In this document: piece by piece, positions 7,835-19,500 of the stretch
How positions within the stretch are numbered: the stretch's first letter is position 1
How the letters are laid out: the number at the start of each line of letters is the position of its first letter
Source: an uncultured Chloroflexia bacterium
GTDB lineage: Bacteria; Chloroflexota; Limnocylindria; Limnocylindrales; CSP1-4
DNA length: 64,000 nt
NCBI GenBank assembly: GCA_963763775.1
Contig: CAVXPZ010000004.1
Location: 320,001-384,000 of the forward strand
Direction: 5' to 3'
Translations under genes and position numbers: made by a program
The notes under the pieces: model-generated
The model's input: only the letters and a program-made list of their open reading frames with translations
What the model was told of the DNA's origin: nothing
Databases searched by the model: none

Positions 7835-9097
7835 TTGACCTTCGATACGCTCGGCCTGTCGGCCGATCTCCTCCGCACCGTCGCGGAAGAGGGCTATGAG
7901 GCCCCCACCCCGGTCCAGGCCCAGGCCATCCCGTACGTGCTCGAGGGACGAGACGTCCTCGCTGCGGCCCAGACCGGCACCGGCAAGACCGCGGCCTTCG
8001 TCCTCCCCATCCTCGATCGCCTCCGCGGCCAGGCCAACACGAGCTTCTCGCCCGCTCGCCATCCCGTGCGCTCGCTCATCCTCGTCCCGACGCGCGAGCT
8101 CGCGATGCAGGTCGACGAGAGCGTCCGGACGTACGGCCGGACGGTGCCCCTCCGGTCGACCGTCGTCTACGGCGGCATCCCGATGGACCCGCAGATCAAG
8201 GCGCTGCGAGGCGGCATCGAGATCCTGGTGGCCACGCCGGGCCGGCTGCTCGACCTCGTCGGCCAGAAGGTGGCCAACCTCGGCCAGGTGGAGATCCTCG
8301 TCCTCGACGAGGCGGACCGCATGCTCGACATGGGGTTCCTCCCCGACATCCAGAAGATCATCGCGCTGCTGCCGCCCCGCCGGCAGAACCTCATGTTCTC
8401 CGCGACGTTCTCGGACGACATCCGGCGGCTTTCGGGGACGATCCTCCGGGACCCGGTCACGGTCGAGGTCGCGCCGCGCAACACCGCCGCCGAGGCGGTC
8501 GAGCAGCTCGTCTACCCGGTCGACCGCGACCGCAAGGAAGCGCTCCTCGCCCACCTGATCCGGTCCCGCGACATGCACCAGGTGCTCGTCTTCACGCGCA
8601 CGAAGCTCGCCGCGACGCGGCTCGCGAACCGGCTCGACCGCGAGGGCCTCGATGCCGTCGCGATCCACTCGGACCGCTCGCAGCCCGAGCGCACGAAGGC
8701 CCTCGAGGGATTCAAGAACGGCGACATCCGGGTGCTCGTCGCCACGGACGTCGCGGCACGCGGGCTCGACATCGAGGACCTGCCGGCCGTCGTCAACTTC
8801 GAGCTCCCGTGGAACCCGCAGGACTACATCCACCGCATCGGCCGGACGGGACGCGCCGGCGCGACCGGCGAGGCCATCTCGCTCGTCTGCATGGACGAGG
8901 TGGACCTGCTGCGCGGCATCCAGCGGATGCTCAAGCGAGCGATCCCGTGGACCGTCGAGGAGGGCTTCATCCCGGACCGCAATGTCGAGGCGCGGCCGCT
9001 CTCGATGCGGGCGGGGCACGCCCGGACGGGGACGGAGCATCACGCCCACCGTAAGCCGGTCCGGCGGACCGGGCGGGTGGAGAGCGGTCGTCGCTAG
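7835..9097 (+). CDS. DEAD-box ATP-dependent RNA helicase (RhlE-like)
   Basis: Q motif PTPVQ, AQTGTGKT, PTRELA, TPGR, DEAD, SAT, ARGLD, HRIGRTGR. Confidence 0.95.
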   Translation: MTFDTLGLSADLLRTVAEEGYEAPTPVQAQAIPYVLEGRDVLAAAQTGTGKTAAFVLPILDRLRGQANTSFSPARHPVRSLILVPTRELAMQVDESVRTYGRTVPLRSTVVYGGIPMDPQIKALRGGIEILVATPGRLLDLVGQKVANLGQVEILVLDEADRMLDMGFLPDIQKIIALLPPRRQNLMFSATFSDDIRRLSGTILRDPVTVEVAPRNTAAEAVEQLVYPVDRDRKEALLAHLIRSRDMHQVLVFTRTKLAATRLANRLDREGLDAVAIHSDRSQPERTKALEGFKNGDIRVLVATDVAARGLDIEDLPAVVNFELPWNPQDYIHRIGRTGRAGATGEAISLVCMDEVDLLRGIQRMLKRAIPWTVEEGFIPDRNVEARPLSMRAGHARTGTEHHAHRKPVRRTGRVESGRR

Positions 9098-9127
9098 GCG
9101 TCCCGCCAGGCGATCGCCGGTCTGCCG

Positions 9128-9640
9128 CTAGGCGGTCGCCGCCGCCGGGTCGTCCATCGCGGCGCCCGGGAAGAAGAACCCGAGCATGAGGTCCGCTGCC
9201 ACGCGGTCGACACCGTAGCGGTTGACCAGCGCGTGATGGCACTCGATCGCCTGGGTCGGATCGGCCAGCAGCGCGAGCCGGACATCGCGCAGCATCACGA
9301 ACTCGCCGCTGGGTCGGGTCAGCGCGCGGCCCGGGTCGAACCCGGGCAGGGTCGGGAGCTCGCCGGCGAGGCGATACGGCCCCACGTCGAGCTCGAGGCT
9401 GTGCCAGGCGGCATGCGCCGCGAGGAACGGGTCGTCGTCGGAGACGACGATCAGCACGTCGTCGCTGGCGATCGTCGTGTCGCCGGCCGGCCCGGTCGCC
9501 ACGCCGTCGAGGGCCTGCCAGGTCGTGCCGGTCATCGGGAGCTCGCTCGCGGTCTCGAGGAAGTCGCGCAGTTGCCCGACACGGGCGAACGTGCCGGAGG
9601 CGATGCCCTCGCTCATGTACGCGTCCACGTGGATCGGCAT
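9128..9640 (-). CDS. Hypothetical protein (DUF6812-like; homologous to 61785-62487)
   Basis: GPYRLAG...PGFDP.R.L.R...F...D...LVNRY aligns by eye with the second copy. Family name is from recall. Confidence 0.7.
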   Translation of the reverse strand: MPIHVDAYMSEGIASGTFARVGQLRDFLETASELPMTGTTWQALDGVATGPAGDTTIASDDVLIVVSDDDPFLAAHAAWHSLELDVGPYRLAGELPTLPGFDPGRALTRPSGEFVMLRDVRLALLADPTQAIECHHALVNRYGVDRVAADLMLGFFFPGAAMDDPAAATA

Positions 9641-9734
9641 CGAGCAACCTCGAGCGTGGCCGCACTGTGCGCCACGCGCGCGCGCCCGGGAACGACCCGT
9701 CCGTACCCGATCCCAGCCGCCGGAGGTACGGTCG

Positions 9735-10976
9735 TCAGCGGTTCGCGCGGCAGTCCGGACAGCCGCTCGGCGGCGCCAGGACCAGCCGGAGGAGCGACCG
9801 CGCGATGATGGCCGGGTCGGTCCGTGACTGGTTGGACAGGACCGCGATCGCGATCCGCTCGTTCGGGAGCCAGCGCATCAGCGACCGAAAGCCCAGCAAT
9901 CGGCCGGAGTGACCCCACGCGGGGTGCCCGCCGAGCTCGATGGCCTGCACGCCGAGGCCGTACGGGATCGCCGGACCCAAGGGGGCCGTCCGGGCGACGT
10001 CGTCGAACATCGCCTGGACCGAATCGGGCGACACGACGTGGCCGTTGTACAGGGCACGGGCCCAGTAGACGAGGTCCATGGGAGTCGAGGCGATGGCGCC
10101 GGCGCCGCCGGCCGCGGTCACGACCGACGTGAACGGCGCGACCGTGCTCCCGTCGGAGAGATCGATGGGCGACGCGTGCCCGGGCGCGAATCGATAGCCG
10201 TGGGCGACCGGACCGGCAGGCTTGTGGTCCACCTGGTCGAACGTGTGGGCCAGCCCGAGCGGGCCGAAGAACCGCTCCTGGAGCTGCTGGCCGAGCGGCG
10301 CCCCGCCGACGCGCTCCGCGAGCATCCCGAGGATCAGGTAGTTCGTGTTCGAGTAGTGCCACCCCTTCCCCGGCGGGAAGTACGGCTTGCCGACGTATCG
10401 GAACGCGCGCGCCGCACTCCACACGCGGCCGCGATCCGTGAGCAGGGCATGGTCGATGCGCGGGTCGAAGAAGAAGTCGCGCAGCCCGCTCGTGTGGTCG
10501 AGCAGCTGGCGGACCGTGATCCGCCGGTCGATCGGCAGCGACGGCAGGTATCGCCGCACGGGCAGGTCGAGGCCGATCTTCCCGTCGTCGCGGAGGGCCA
10601 TGATCAGGGCCGCGGTGAAGGTCTTGCTCACGCTCGCGAGCGCGAACGCGGTGTCCGGTGTCACGGCCGTCCCCGCGGCGACGTCGGCCAGGCCGCTGGT
10701 CCCGAGCCAGCTGGTCCCGTCGGGGAACAGGATCGCGACGGAGACCCCGGGCACGGCCTCCTTGACCGCCAGGTGGTCGAGCCGTCGCTGGAGGGCGGCA
10801 CGGAGGGCCGGTGTGGAGGTCGGCCCGCTCGGAACGCGAACGGACCGGGCATCGATGACGTCCGGCTTGTCGTCCGGCGTCACGGCCCCGGCAGCCGGGG
10901 CGGCGAACGAGGCGGCGACCGCCGCGACGAGCGTCCCGAGGATGAGGCGGCGCACGAGGCGGCGGCGGGGTCGCAT
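9735..10976 (-). CDS. Secreted serine hydrolase, beta-lactamase/DD-carboxypeptidase family
   Basis: Signal peptide; SxxK (ASVSKT), LLDHTSG, YSN, GHSG motifs; ATG at 10976. Confidence 0.9.
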   Translation of the reverse strand: MRPRRRLVRRLILGTLVAAVAASFAAPAAGAVTPDDKPDVIDARSVRVPSGPTSTPALRAALQRRLDHLAVKEAVPGVSVAILFPDGTSWLGTSGLADVAAGTAVTPDTAFALASVSKTFTAALIMALRDDGKIGLDLPVRRYLPSLPIDRRITVRQLLDHTSGLRDFFFDPRIDHALLTDRGRVWSAARAFRYVGKPYFPPGKGWHYSNTNYLILGMLAERVGGAPLGQQLQERFFGPLGLAHTFDQVDHKPAGPVAHGYRFAPGHASPIDLSDGSTVAPFTSVVTAAGGAGAIASTPMDLVYWARALYNGHVVSPDSVQAMFDDVARTAPLGPAIPYGLGVQAIELGGHPAWGHSGRLLGFRSLMRWLPNERIAIAVLSNQSRTDPAIIARSLLRLVLAPPSGCPDCRANR

Positions 10977-11021
10977 GTCGGTGGCACGATAGCGCAGGCG
11001 TCCCCGAGTACCATCCGGAGC

Positions 11022-12249
11022 ATGACCCCCGACCGTTCCGCCGCCGCCCTGCTTCGTGCCGTCGATCTCATGGCCGATGGGCCGGTGCCCTGGGGGCGTC
11101 CGTTGCCGCCCACGGGCGCCGGCGTCTTCGTCGTGGAGCTCGCGGACCCACGCCCGTCCGCGCCCATCGAGCTGTCGCGGGTCGGCAAGTGGATCGAGCG
11201 CGTGCCGGATCTCCGTCTCGACGGCGAGCGGCCCGCATCGCGTGCGCTCTCCGCGCGGCTCGCCGCGTTCTGGATCCCTTCGGCGCCCGTGCTGTACATC
11301 GGGTCGTCGACGCAGTCGGTCAGCCGGCGCGTCGCGGCCATCCAGGGCACGACCCTCGGGGACCGGCGGCCGTCCGCCGGCGGGCACTGGCTGCAGACCC
11401 TCACGATGCCGCCGAGCGCACGGGTCTGGTGGGCGACCACCGCGGCCGTCGAGGAGTACGAGGACGCGCTGCTCACCGCGTTCGCCTCGGCCCTCGAGGC
11501 CGGCGATGTCGCCTCGCTTCCGGACCGTGACGTGATCCTGCCGTTCGCGACGCTCGCCCGGCCGACCGGCGAGCGCAAGCGGACCGGGCTCAGCGGGTCG
11601 CTGCTGCCCGAAGCCAAGGAACCGCCGCGCCCCCCGACGCGGATCGTCAACGTGCCCGACGGCGATGCCGAGGGCGCGCATGGCGAACCGCCGGCCCCGC
11701 GATCGACGGCGCCCGTCGACGGGGGCACGGAAGCCGGCGGCGACCGCGGTCGCGGCGGGCTCGGTCCCGCCCGGACCGGCGCCGATCGCCCCGGACGCGA
11801 CGCACCTCACGGTCGATGGCGAGGCGCGCCTGCGCGCCGAGCTGGACGGCCTCATCCGCGTCAAGCGGCCCGAGGTGATCGCCCGGATCCGCTCTGCGAA
11901 GGAACTCGGCGACCTGAAGGAGAACGCCGACTACAGCGCCGCGCGCGAGGAGCAGTCGTTCCTGGAGGGCCGCATCCAGGCCATCGAGGCGCGCCTGCGG
12001 ACCGCCAAGGTCGTCGAGGCGCCGGAGGCGGGGGGACGCGTGGGGCTCGGGTCGGTCGTCACGCTCGAGCTCGACGGCGAGGAGGATCGCCTCACGATCG
12101 TCGGGACCGCCGAGTCGGACCCGACGACGGGCCGGATCTCCTCGGCGTCACCGGTGGGGCGAGCCCTGCTGGGTCATGCGTCCGGCGACGAGGTCGTGAT
12201 CGTCACCCCGATGGGCGACCAGCGCTATCGGATCGTGGCGGTCGACTGA
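11022..12249 (+). CDS. greA: Probable fusion: N-terminal GIY-YIG-like domain, linker, and transcription elongation factor GreA (one apparent +1 insertion near 11712)
   Basis: The C-terminal frame has the GreA signature GDLKENADYSAAREEQ...ISSASPVGRALLG. The N-terminal frame has GVFVVE...LYIGSS...SRR...EDAL...LPFATL. No RBS-supported start precedes the GreA domain. Confidence 0.8.
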
Positions 12250-12280
12250 CCGCGCTGGACGCGGCGGCGCGCCCGGAGCG

Positions 12281-12946
12281 TCAGGCCTGCGGCGTATCCA
12301 CCATCTTGTGCTCCACGGCGTACAGGGCCGCCTGGGTGCGGGACGCCAGGCCGAGCTTGCCGAGGATGTTCGAGACGTAGGTCCGGGCGGTCCGCTCCGT
12401 GATGAACAGGGTCGCGCCGATCTCCTTGTTGCTCATCCCCTGCCCGAGCAGCCGGAGCACGTCCTTCTCGCGATCCGTGAGCGGCTCGGCGAGGTCGTCG
12501 TCCGACGACTTGCGAGTCCGCATCCGCTGCGCGAGCAGTCGGGCGACGGCCGGGTCGAGATGGACCTCGCCGGCGTAGGCCGCGCGCACGGCGGCGGCGA
12601 CCTCCTCGGCCTCGGCGTCCTTGAGGACGTACCCGGACGCGCCGGCCTCGAGGGCGGCCGTGACCTTCTCCTCCTCGATGAAGGAGGTCATCGTCACGAT
12701 CTCCGTCTCGGGCCGCTCCGCCTTGATCCGACCGATGGCCGTGATCCCGTCCATGTTCGGCATCAGGAGATCCATCAGGATCACGTCCGGCTCGAGCCGA
12801 CGGGCCATGGCGACGCCTTCGGAGCCGTCGGCGGCCTCGCCGACGACCTCGAGATCGGGCTGGAGGTCCAGGAAGACCCGGAGGCCCGTTCGGACGACGG
12901 AGTGGTCGTCGACGATCAGGACCCGGATGGTGGTCGGCTCGGTCAC
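12281..12946 (-). CDS. NarL/LuxR-family response regulator
   Basis: VLIVDDH, DVILMDLLMP, GYVLKD, LTDREKDVL...SNKEI HTH; GTG start after GGAGG. Confidence 0.95.
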   Translation of the reverse strand: MTEPTTIRVLIVDDHSVVRTGLRVFLDLQPDLEVVGEAADGSEGVAMARRLEPDVILMDLLMPNMDGITAIGRIKAERPETEIVTMTSFIEEEKVTAALEAGASGYVLKDAEAEEVAAAVRAAYAGEVHLDPAVARLLAQRMRTRKSSDDDLAEPLTDREKDVLRLLGQGMSNKEIGATLFITERTARTYVSNILGKLGLASRTQAALYAVEHKMVDTPQA

Positions 12947-13019
12947 GTGTCCTCCGGACGGGTGCGGCGCGCGATTCGGGAGCAGGGACGAGTCTATCAA
13001 AGGAGCACCCTCGATCCGG

Positions 13020-13421
13020 TCATGGGACGGCCTGTCGGCCGGTCGCGATGATGGCCGCGACGAGCTCGCTCGGTCGGAACGTCTTGCGCACGATGCCGTC
13101 CGCCTTGGTCGCGAGGGTCTCGCGGTCGGGGCAGTCCGACTGGCCCAGGACGAGGATCCGCACGTGCGGCGCCGCCGCCCGAAGCCGGTCGATGCAGTCG
13201 AGGCCGTCCTCGGTCGCCGGGAGCCTCGGGTCGATGACGACGACGTCCGGCGACGCCGACGCGACGAGGTCGATGGCGGCGCTGACCTTGCCCGCGCTGC
13301 CGACGACCACGACGTCGTGCCCGATCCCCAGCAGCCCGGTCAGGCTCTCCCGTACCCGGTCGTCCGAATCGACGATCAGGACCCGGAGCGGTGCGGCGGC
13401 CCGGATGACGGGTTCGTCCAT
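13020..13421 (-). CDS. Stand-alone receiver-domain protein
   Basis: LRVLIVDSD...DVVVIDPRLP...GIVRK; no output domain. Confidence 0.85.
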   Translation of the reverse strand: MDEPVIRAAAPLRVLIVDSDDRVRESLTGLLGIGHDVVVVGSAGKVSAAIDLVASASPDVVVIDPRLPATEDGLDCIDRLRAAAPHVRILVLGQSDCPDRETLATKADGIVRKTFRPSELVAAIIATGRQAVP

Positions 13422-13509
13422 ATGCCCGTCATGGTCGGGGCGGCGACGAGGGCCACGGAACGGACGCTTGCCGAGGGACGCCTCGGCCGAACGACGGCCG
13501 CGACCTACG

Positions 13510-16500
13510 TCATCGGTCGCGGATGGACGGCGTCGGGGCCGGCCCGCGTCGGGCGCCGGGCTCGGAGCCCGCCCCGAGGGTGGCGTCCGGGACGAGGACC
13601 TCGATCGTGGTGCCCTTGCCCGGCACGCTCTTGCAGGTGAAGGTCGCGCCGATCCGCGCCGCGCGGGCCTCCATGCCCGCGAGCCCGAGATGACCCGCCG
13701 GCACGGACGCCGGGTCGAACCCCCTGCCGTCGTCCTGGACCCGGAGCCGGACGCCCGCGCGCGTCCGGCCGAGCTCGACGCGCACCTGCTGTGCCGTGGC
13801 GTGCTTCACGACGTTGTGCAGCGCCTCCTGCGCGATCCGGTACAGCGCTTCCTCCACGGGCAGCGGCAGGCGCTCCTCGAGATCGCTCTCCACCACGACC
13901 GGCAGCCCGATCCGACCCTGGAGCGCGGCCGTGTGCGTCTTGAGCGCGCGCGACAGGCCGTCCTGCTCGAGGTTGCCGGGGCGCAGCTCGAAGATGAGCG
14001 CGCGCATCTCGGCGAGGGCCTCGCGCTGGAGCTCGCGCAACTGCGTGATCTGCGCCTTCGCGGCGTCGACATCGCGCTCGAGCAGGAGCTCGACGGAGCG
14101 CGAGACGAGCGTCATCGAGAACAGTGCCTGGGTCACCGAGTCGTGCAGTTCCCGGGCAAGGTGGGCGCGCTCCTCGCCGGCCGCCAGCTCGCCGGCCTGG
14201 CGGCGAAGGTCGCGTTCCAGGCGCTCGCGCTCGCCGACGTCCCGCGCCGCTCCGTGGGCGCCGACGAAGCGGTCCTCCTCGACCATGCCGATGCCGTTGA
14301 TCTCGACGAGGACGTCGTGGCCGTCCGCGTGCCGGAACGGCAGACGGGAGCGGTGCACCGACGTCGGGTGCCGGCTCAGCCACTTGAAGCGGACCTCGGC
14401 CTCGCGCCGTGAGCCTTCCGCGAAGACCTCCCAGTACTCGCGGCCGATGAGCACCGAGGACGGCATGCCCAGCATCGACTCGGCGGCCTCGCTCACGAAG
14501 GTGAGGCGGCCGCCGGCGTCGGTGACCCACACGAGGTCCGGCGAGGACGACACGAGGTAGCGGTAGCGCTCCTCGGAGCTGCGCAGCTCGCGCTGGAGCC
14601 GCTCGCGCTCGGAGATGTCGCGGGTCGCGCCGTGGATGCCGGCGAACCGCCCGTCCGCGCCCACGATCCCGATCGAGTGGACCTCGACCGGCGTGCGCCG
14701 GCCCTCGCGGCCCACCAGGACCAGCTCGGCCACCTGCTGGGTCCCGGGATCGGCCATGAGCCGTTCCCAGCGGTCGGCCGCGACCGCCAGGGACGCGGGG
14801 TCGACGATGGTCGAGAAGTGCCGATCCGTCAGCTCGGCCGGGCTGAAGCCGGTCATGCCCTCGATCGCCTCGGAGAGGAACGTGAACTGGCCGTCGGGGT
14901 CGGTCGCGAAGACGACATCGGGGGAGTTCTCGACCAGGAAGCGGTAGCGCTCTTCCGACTCGCGCAGTTCCCGCTCGAGGCGCTCCTGCTCGCTGACGCC
15001 CCGGACCGTGCCCTGGACGCCGGCGAAGACGCCGTCCTCCCAGACCGAGACCGACGAGATCTCGCCCGGGAAGACCGTCCCGTCCCGATGGCGGAGGAGG
15101 TAGCGGAAGCGCCGGATGACGTCGCGTTCCTCGTGCTGCTCCTCGAAGTTCGCGATCGCCTCCTGAAGCGACTCGGGCGCGGTCAGGTCCGCGAAGGTCA
15201 GGTCCGCGGCCTCCGCCGGCGTCCACCCGAAGAGCGCCTCGGCGCCCTCGGCCACGAACAGGAAGCGGCCCTGCGCGTCGCAGCGATAGATGACGTCGGG
15301 CGTGGTCTGCACGAGCTGGCGGAACCGCGTCTCCGACTCGCGCAGCTCCCGCTCCAAGCGGTCCCGCTCGCGCATGTCCCGCACGGAGCCGTTCGCGCCC
15401 GCGAACTGGCCGCGCTCGTCGAGGAGGGCGGTCGCGATGAACTCGGCGGGGACCGCCTCGCCGTCCCGACCGAGGAGGTTGACGCGCCCCCGGAGTTCCT
15501 GGCCGCTCTCGGCGAGGCCCATGGTCCAGTCGAGCTCGGCGACGTCTCGGGAGGTGTCGTGGAGCAGGACCCCGAAGTGCTGGCCGAGCAGGTCCTCGGC
15601 GAGCCGGCCCGTCATCCGCTCGACCGCGTCGGACAGGAACGAGAGCCGGGAGTCGGGACCGATCGACCAGACGAGGTCCGGGGCGTTCTCGACGAGGTAG
15701 CGATAGCGCTCCTCGGACTCCGTGAGGCGCGTCAGCAGCGTCGAGTTCGTGATCGCGATGGCCGCCTGGTCGGCGAGGCCCTGGAGCAGGTCCAGCTCGT
15801 CGGCCTGGAATTCGCGCGGCGTCCGGGACGACACCGCGAGGGTGCCGATGACCTCGCCGCCCGGCGCCCGGAGCGGCGCGGCGGCCATGCCGCGCAAGCC
15901 GAGCTTCTCCGCGACCTCGACGTCCTCCGGCTCCTGCGGGATGCGCGTGTCGCGCAGGTAGTCGGCGGTGGCCACCGGGACGCGCGCCTGCGCGGCGAGG
16001 CCGTTGATGCCACCGCCGAGCGGGAACTCCATCGAGAGCAGCCACCCCTCGGTCTCGCTGTCCGCCCCGCCCTGGAGGACGACCGGGATGAGGTACGTGC
16101 CGTCCTCGGACATCCGCGTGAGATGGGCCGCGTCGGTGCCCAGCAGGCGCTTCGCCTCGTCGACGACGCGCTCGAGGATGGCGTCGGGCTCGCGCAAGGC
16201 GGCGATGCTCGCGGTGATGTCGCGGAGCGACCGCTCGGTGTCGGCGCGGCGCTCGATCGCCAGTCGCGAGCGCTCCAGCTCCTCGATGAGCCGGGCGTTC
16301 GTGATGGCGATGGCGGCCTGGTCGGCGAGGCCGCCGAGGATCGCCTCGTCGATCGCGTCGAAGCGGTAGGCGTCCTTGCTGTACACCTCGATGGCTCCGA
16401 GGGGGCCCTCGTCGCCGATGATCGGCGCGACGATGAGGTCGCCGATGCCCGTGGACGCCGCCATCTCGTCCGACGCCGGGACGTGCTCGAAGTCGCCGGT

Positions 16501-19500
16501 CAGGTAATCGCCTGCGGCGATGACCCGGCGCTCGAGCATCGCCCGTCCGGCGAGGCCCTCGCCCAGGTGGAGCCGTGACGTGGCGACGGCCGCCTGCTGT
16601 TCCGGCGTCAAGCCGGCGTGGTACGCGGTGACCAGGACGCCCTCGACGGTGTCGAATTCGTCGATGACGGCGCCATCGGCCCGGAGCAGCCGGAACGCTT
16701 CGTCGACGATGCGCTGGAGGAGGCCGATCGGCTCCCGGATCGACGTGATCCGCGTCGCGATCTCGCGCAGCGCGTGCTCGGCCACCGCCCGGCGCTCGAG
16801 GTGATCCCGTGACCGGGCGAGCTCGTCCATGAGCCGCGCGTTCCGGATGGCGATCGACGCCTGCGTGGCCAGCGCGGTCAGGACCTCGAGGTCGGCGTCG
16901 TCGTAGGCACCGGACCGCCGCGAGACGACCGAGATGGTCCCGATGGGCCCCGCCTCGGCGGAGAGCGGCGTGGACATCACCGCACGGATCCCCATGGCGC
17001 GGATGAAGGCGTCGATCTCGGGCTGATGGTCGAAGCGCTCGTCCTCGAGGTAGTCGCGCGTCAGGATCGCCTGTTGCTCCGCGAACGCCCGGCCGGCGAC
17101 GGCCTGGCCCGGCTTGAGACCGCCGCTCTGCGCCCAGTCCGGGACGACCGACATCGCCTCGCCGGCGGCATAGGACCAGCGGAGCGCGTCGATCTCCGGG
17201 TCGTACTGGTCGATCCGAGCGCCGTCCGAGTCGAGGAGGCGAGCGGCCTCCTCCACGATCCGCTGGAGCACCTCGGCCGGGTCGAGGATCGCGGACACCC
17301 GGGCGGCGATCTCGCGCAGCGTCCGCTCCGAATCCGCGCGGCGGGCGATCTCGGACCGCGAGCGCTCGAGCTCGTCGATGAGGTTCGCGTTGGCGATGGC
17401 GACGGCCGCCTGGTCCGCGAGGGCCGCGAGCAGGCCCGCATCCGCCTCGTCGAAGGCCGCGACCCGGTCGCCGTAGACCGTGATCGCCCCGATGACGATG
17501 TCGCGGTGGATCAGTGGCGCGGCGATGACCGACCGGATCGCCGCGGCGCGGACGAAGTCGTCGCGGCCGGGCGTGTGGGTGAACCGGTCGTCCGCGAGGT
17601 AGTCGTCGGTCCACTCGACGCGGCGCGTGGTCAGGGCCAGGCCGGACACCCCGGCGTCGGCCTGGAGCTCGACCTCGCTCAGGAGGGGCTTGCTGGCGAC
17701 CGCTCGCTGACCGGCTTCCTGGGCCGTCCAGACCTCGGCCATGGCGGCGTCGCCGACCATGTCGATCATGGCGCCGGTGGCCCCGAGCAACCGGACCGAG
17801 GCGTCGATCACCGACTGGAGGATCTCGTCCTTGTCGCGCATGGCGCTGACCCGGGCGGCGATCTCGCGGAGCGTCCGCTCGGCGTCGGCGGTGTGGGCGA
17901 GGTCCTCCCGGGAGCGCGCCAGCTCGTCGATGAGCCGGGCGTTCGTGATCGCGATCGCCGCCTGGCTCGCGAGCGCCCCGATGAGCGAGGCGTCCGTCTC
18001 GGTGAAGGCGTCGCGGCGCCGGGAGTAGACCTCGATGACCCCGAGCGGCCCGGCGTCGCCGGTGATCGGCGCGGCGATCATCGAGTGGAACCCCGTGCGT
18101 TCGTAGAACTCGGTGGACTCGGGCGACGGCGGGAACTGGTCGACGAGGTCGCCGCCGGCCAGCACGACGCGGTCCTCCGCGACGGCGGTGCCGGTGGCCC
18201 CGACGCCGACCGAGATCCAGAGCTGACGCCGTTCCTCGTCCGTGAAGATCTCGCGGAGCCCGTCGTCGAAGGCCCAGTGCAGGTTCCCGGTCGAGGGGTC
18301 GAGGAGGTCGAGGATCGCCCCGTCGCCGCGGACGAGCCGGACGGCCTGCCCCACGACGTCCTGGAGGATCTCGTCGGGCTCGCGCATGACCGTGATACGG
18401 GCGGCGATCTCGCGCAGCGCCTGCTCCGCCTCCGCGCGCCGGCCGAGGGCGTCGCGGGACCGGTCGAGCTCGTCGATCAGGCGCGTCGTCGTGATGGTGA
18501 TCGCGGCCTGGTCCGCGATGGCGACGAGGAGGGCGGCGTCGGCGTCGGACCACGCGTCGGGCCGGTCCGTGTAGATCGTCACCGCACCGAACGGGCCGGC
18601 CTCGCCGATCAACGGCGCGGCCATGACCGACTGGATCCCGGTGCCAGAGATGTAGGTGTCGGCGCCGAGCCCGTGCGGGAACCGCTGGTCGTGGAGGTAA
18701 TCGCCCGTCCAGGTCGCGCGGCCGTGGACCACGGCCTGGCCGGCCACGCCCTGCTCGAGCGTCTCGTCGGGATCGTCCGGCCACTGCTCGTCGTCGGGGC
18801 GCTGCGCGCCGGAGGCATAGGCCCAGCGCAGCAGGCCGGAGACGGGATCGAGCAGGTCGATCCGCGCGCCGTCGGCCCGGAGGAGGCGTGCCGCCTCGTC
18901 GACCGCGCTCTGCAGGACCGCGGGGAGGTCCGACGCGGCGCTGATGCGGGCGGCGATCTCGCGCAGCGAGCGCTCGACCTCGGCGCGCTTGGCGAGTTCC
19001 ACCCGGGAGTGGTCGAGGGCGTCGATGAGTCGGGCATTCGCCATCGCCGCGGCGGCGTGGTCCGCGAGCGCCCGGACGAGCGCGACCTGCGGCGGGTCGA
19101 AGGCGGCCGGCTTGGCGCTGAACGCCCCGAGCGCGCCGTAGATGGTGCCGCCGTTGATCAGCGGCGCCGCGACCATCGAGCGGATCCCGATGTCCGCCAC
19201 GACGCGATCGGTCCCCTCGGCATGCTCGATCGCCGGGTCGGCCAGGTAGTCGTCGGTCCCGACGACGTTGCGCTCCGCGACCGCCCGGCCGAAGATCCCC
19301 ACCCCCATCGGCAGCACGATCGAGCGGACCCAGGCCCGGCTTCGTGGACTCCGGATCCCCGCGTCGTGCGCGAACCGCAGGTGGCCCGTCTCGGGATCGA
19401 CGAGGTAGACCATCGCGCCGTCCGCCTCGAGCAGCCGGGCGGTCTCCGCGACCGCCGAGACGAGCTGGTCGTGGATGTCGCCGTGCCCGCCGTCGGGGTC

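Noticed and set aside
11660-11800. Programmed ribosomal frameshift between the GIY-YIG-like domain and GreA
   Set aside because: No recognisable slippery heptamer or in-frame stop at the junction, and the same +1 pattern appears in many unrelated genes.
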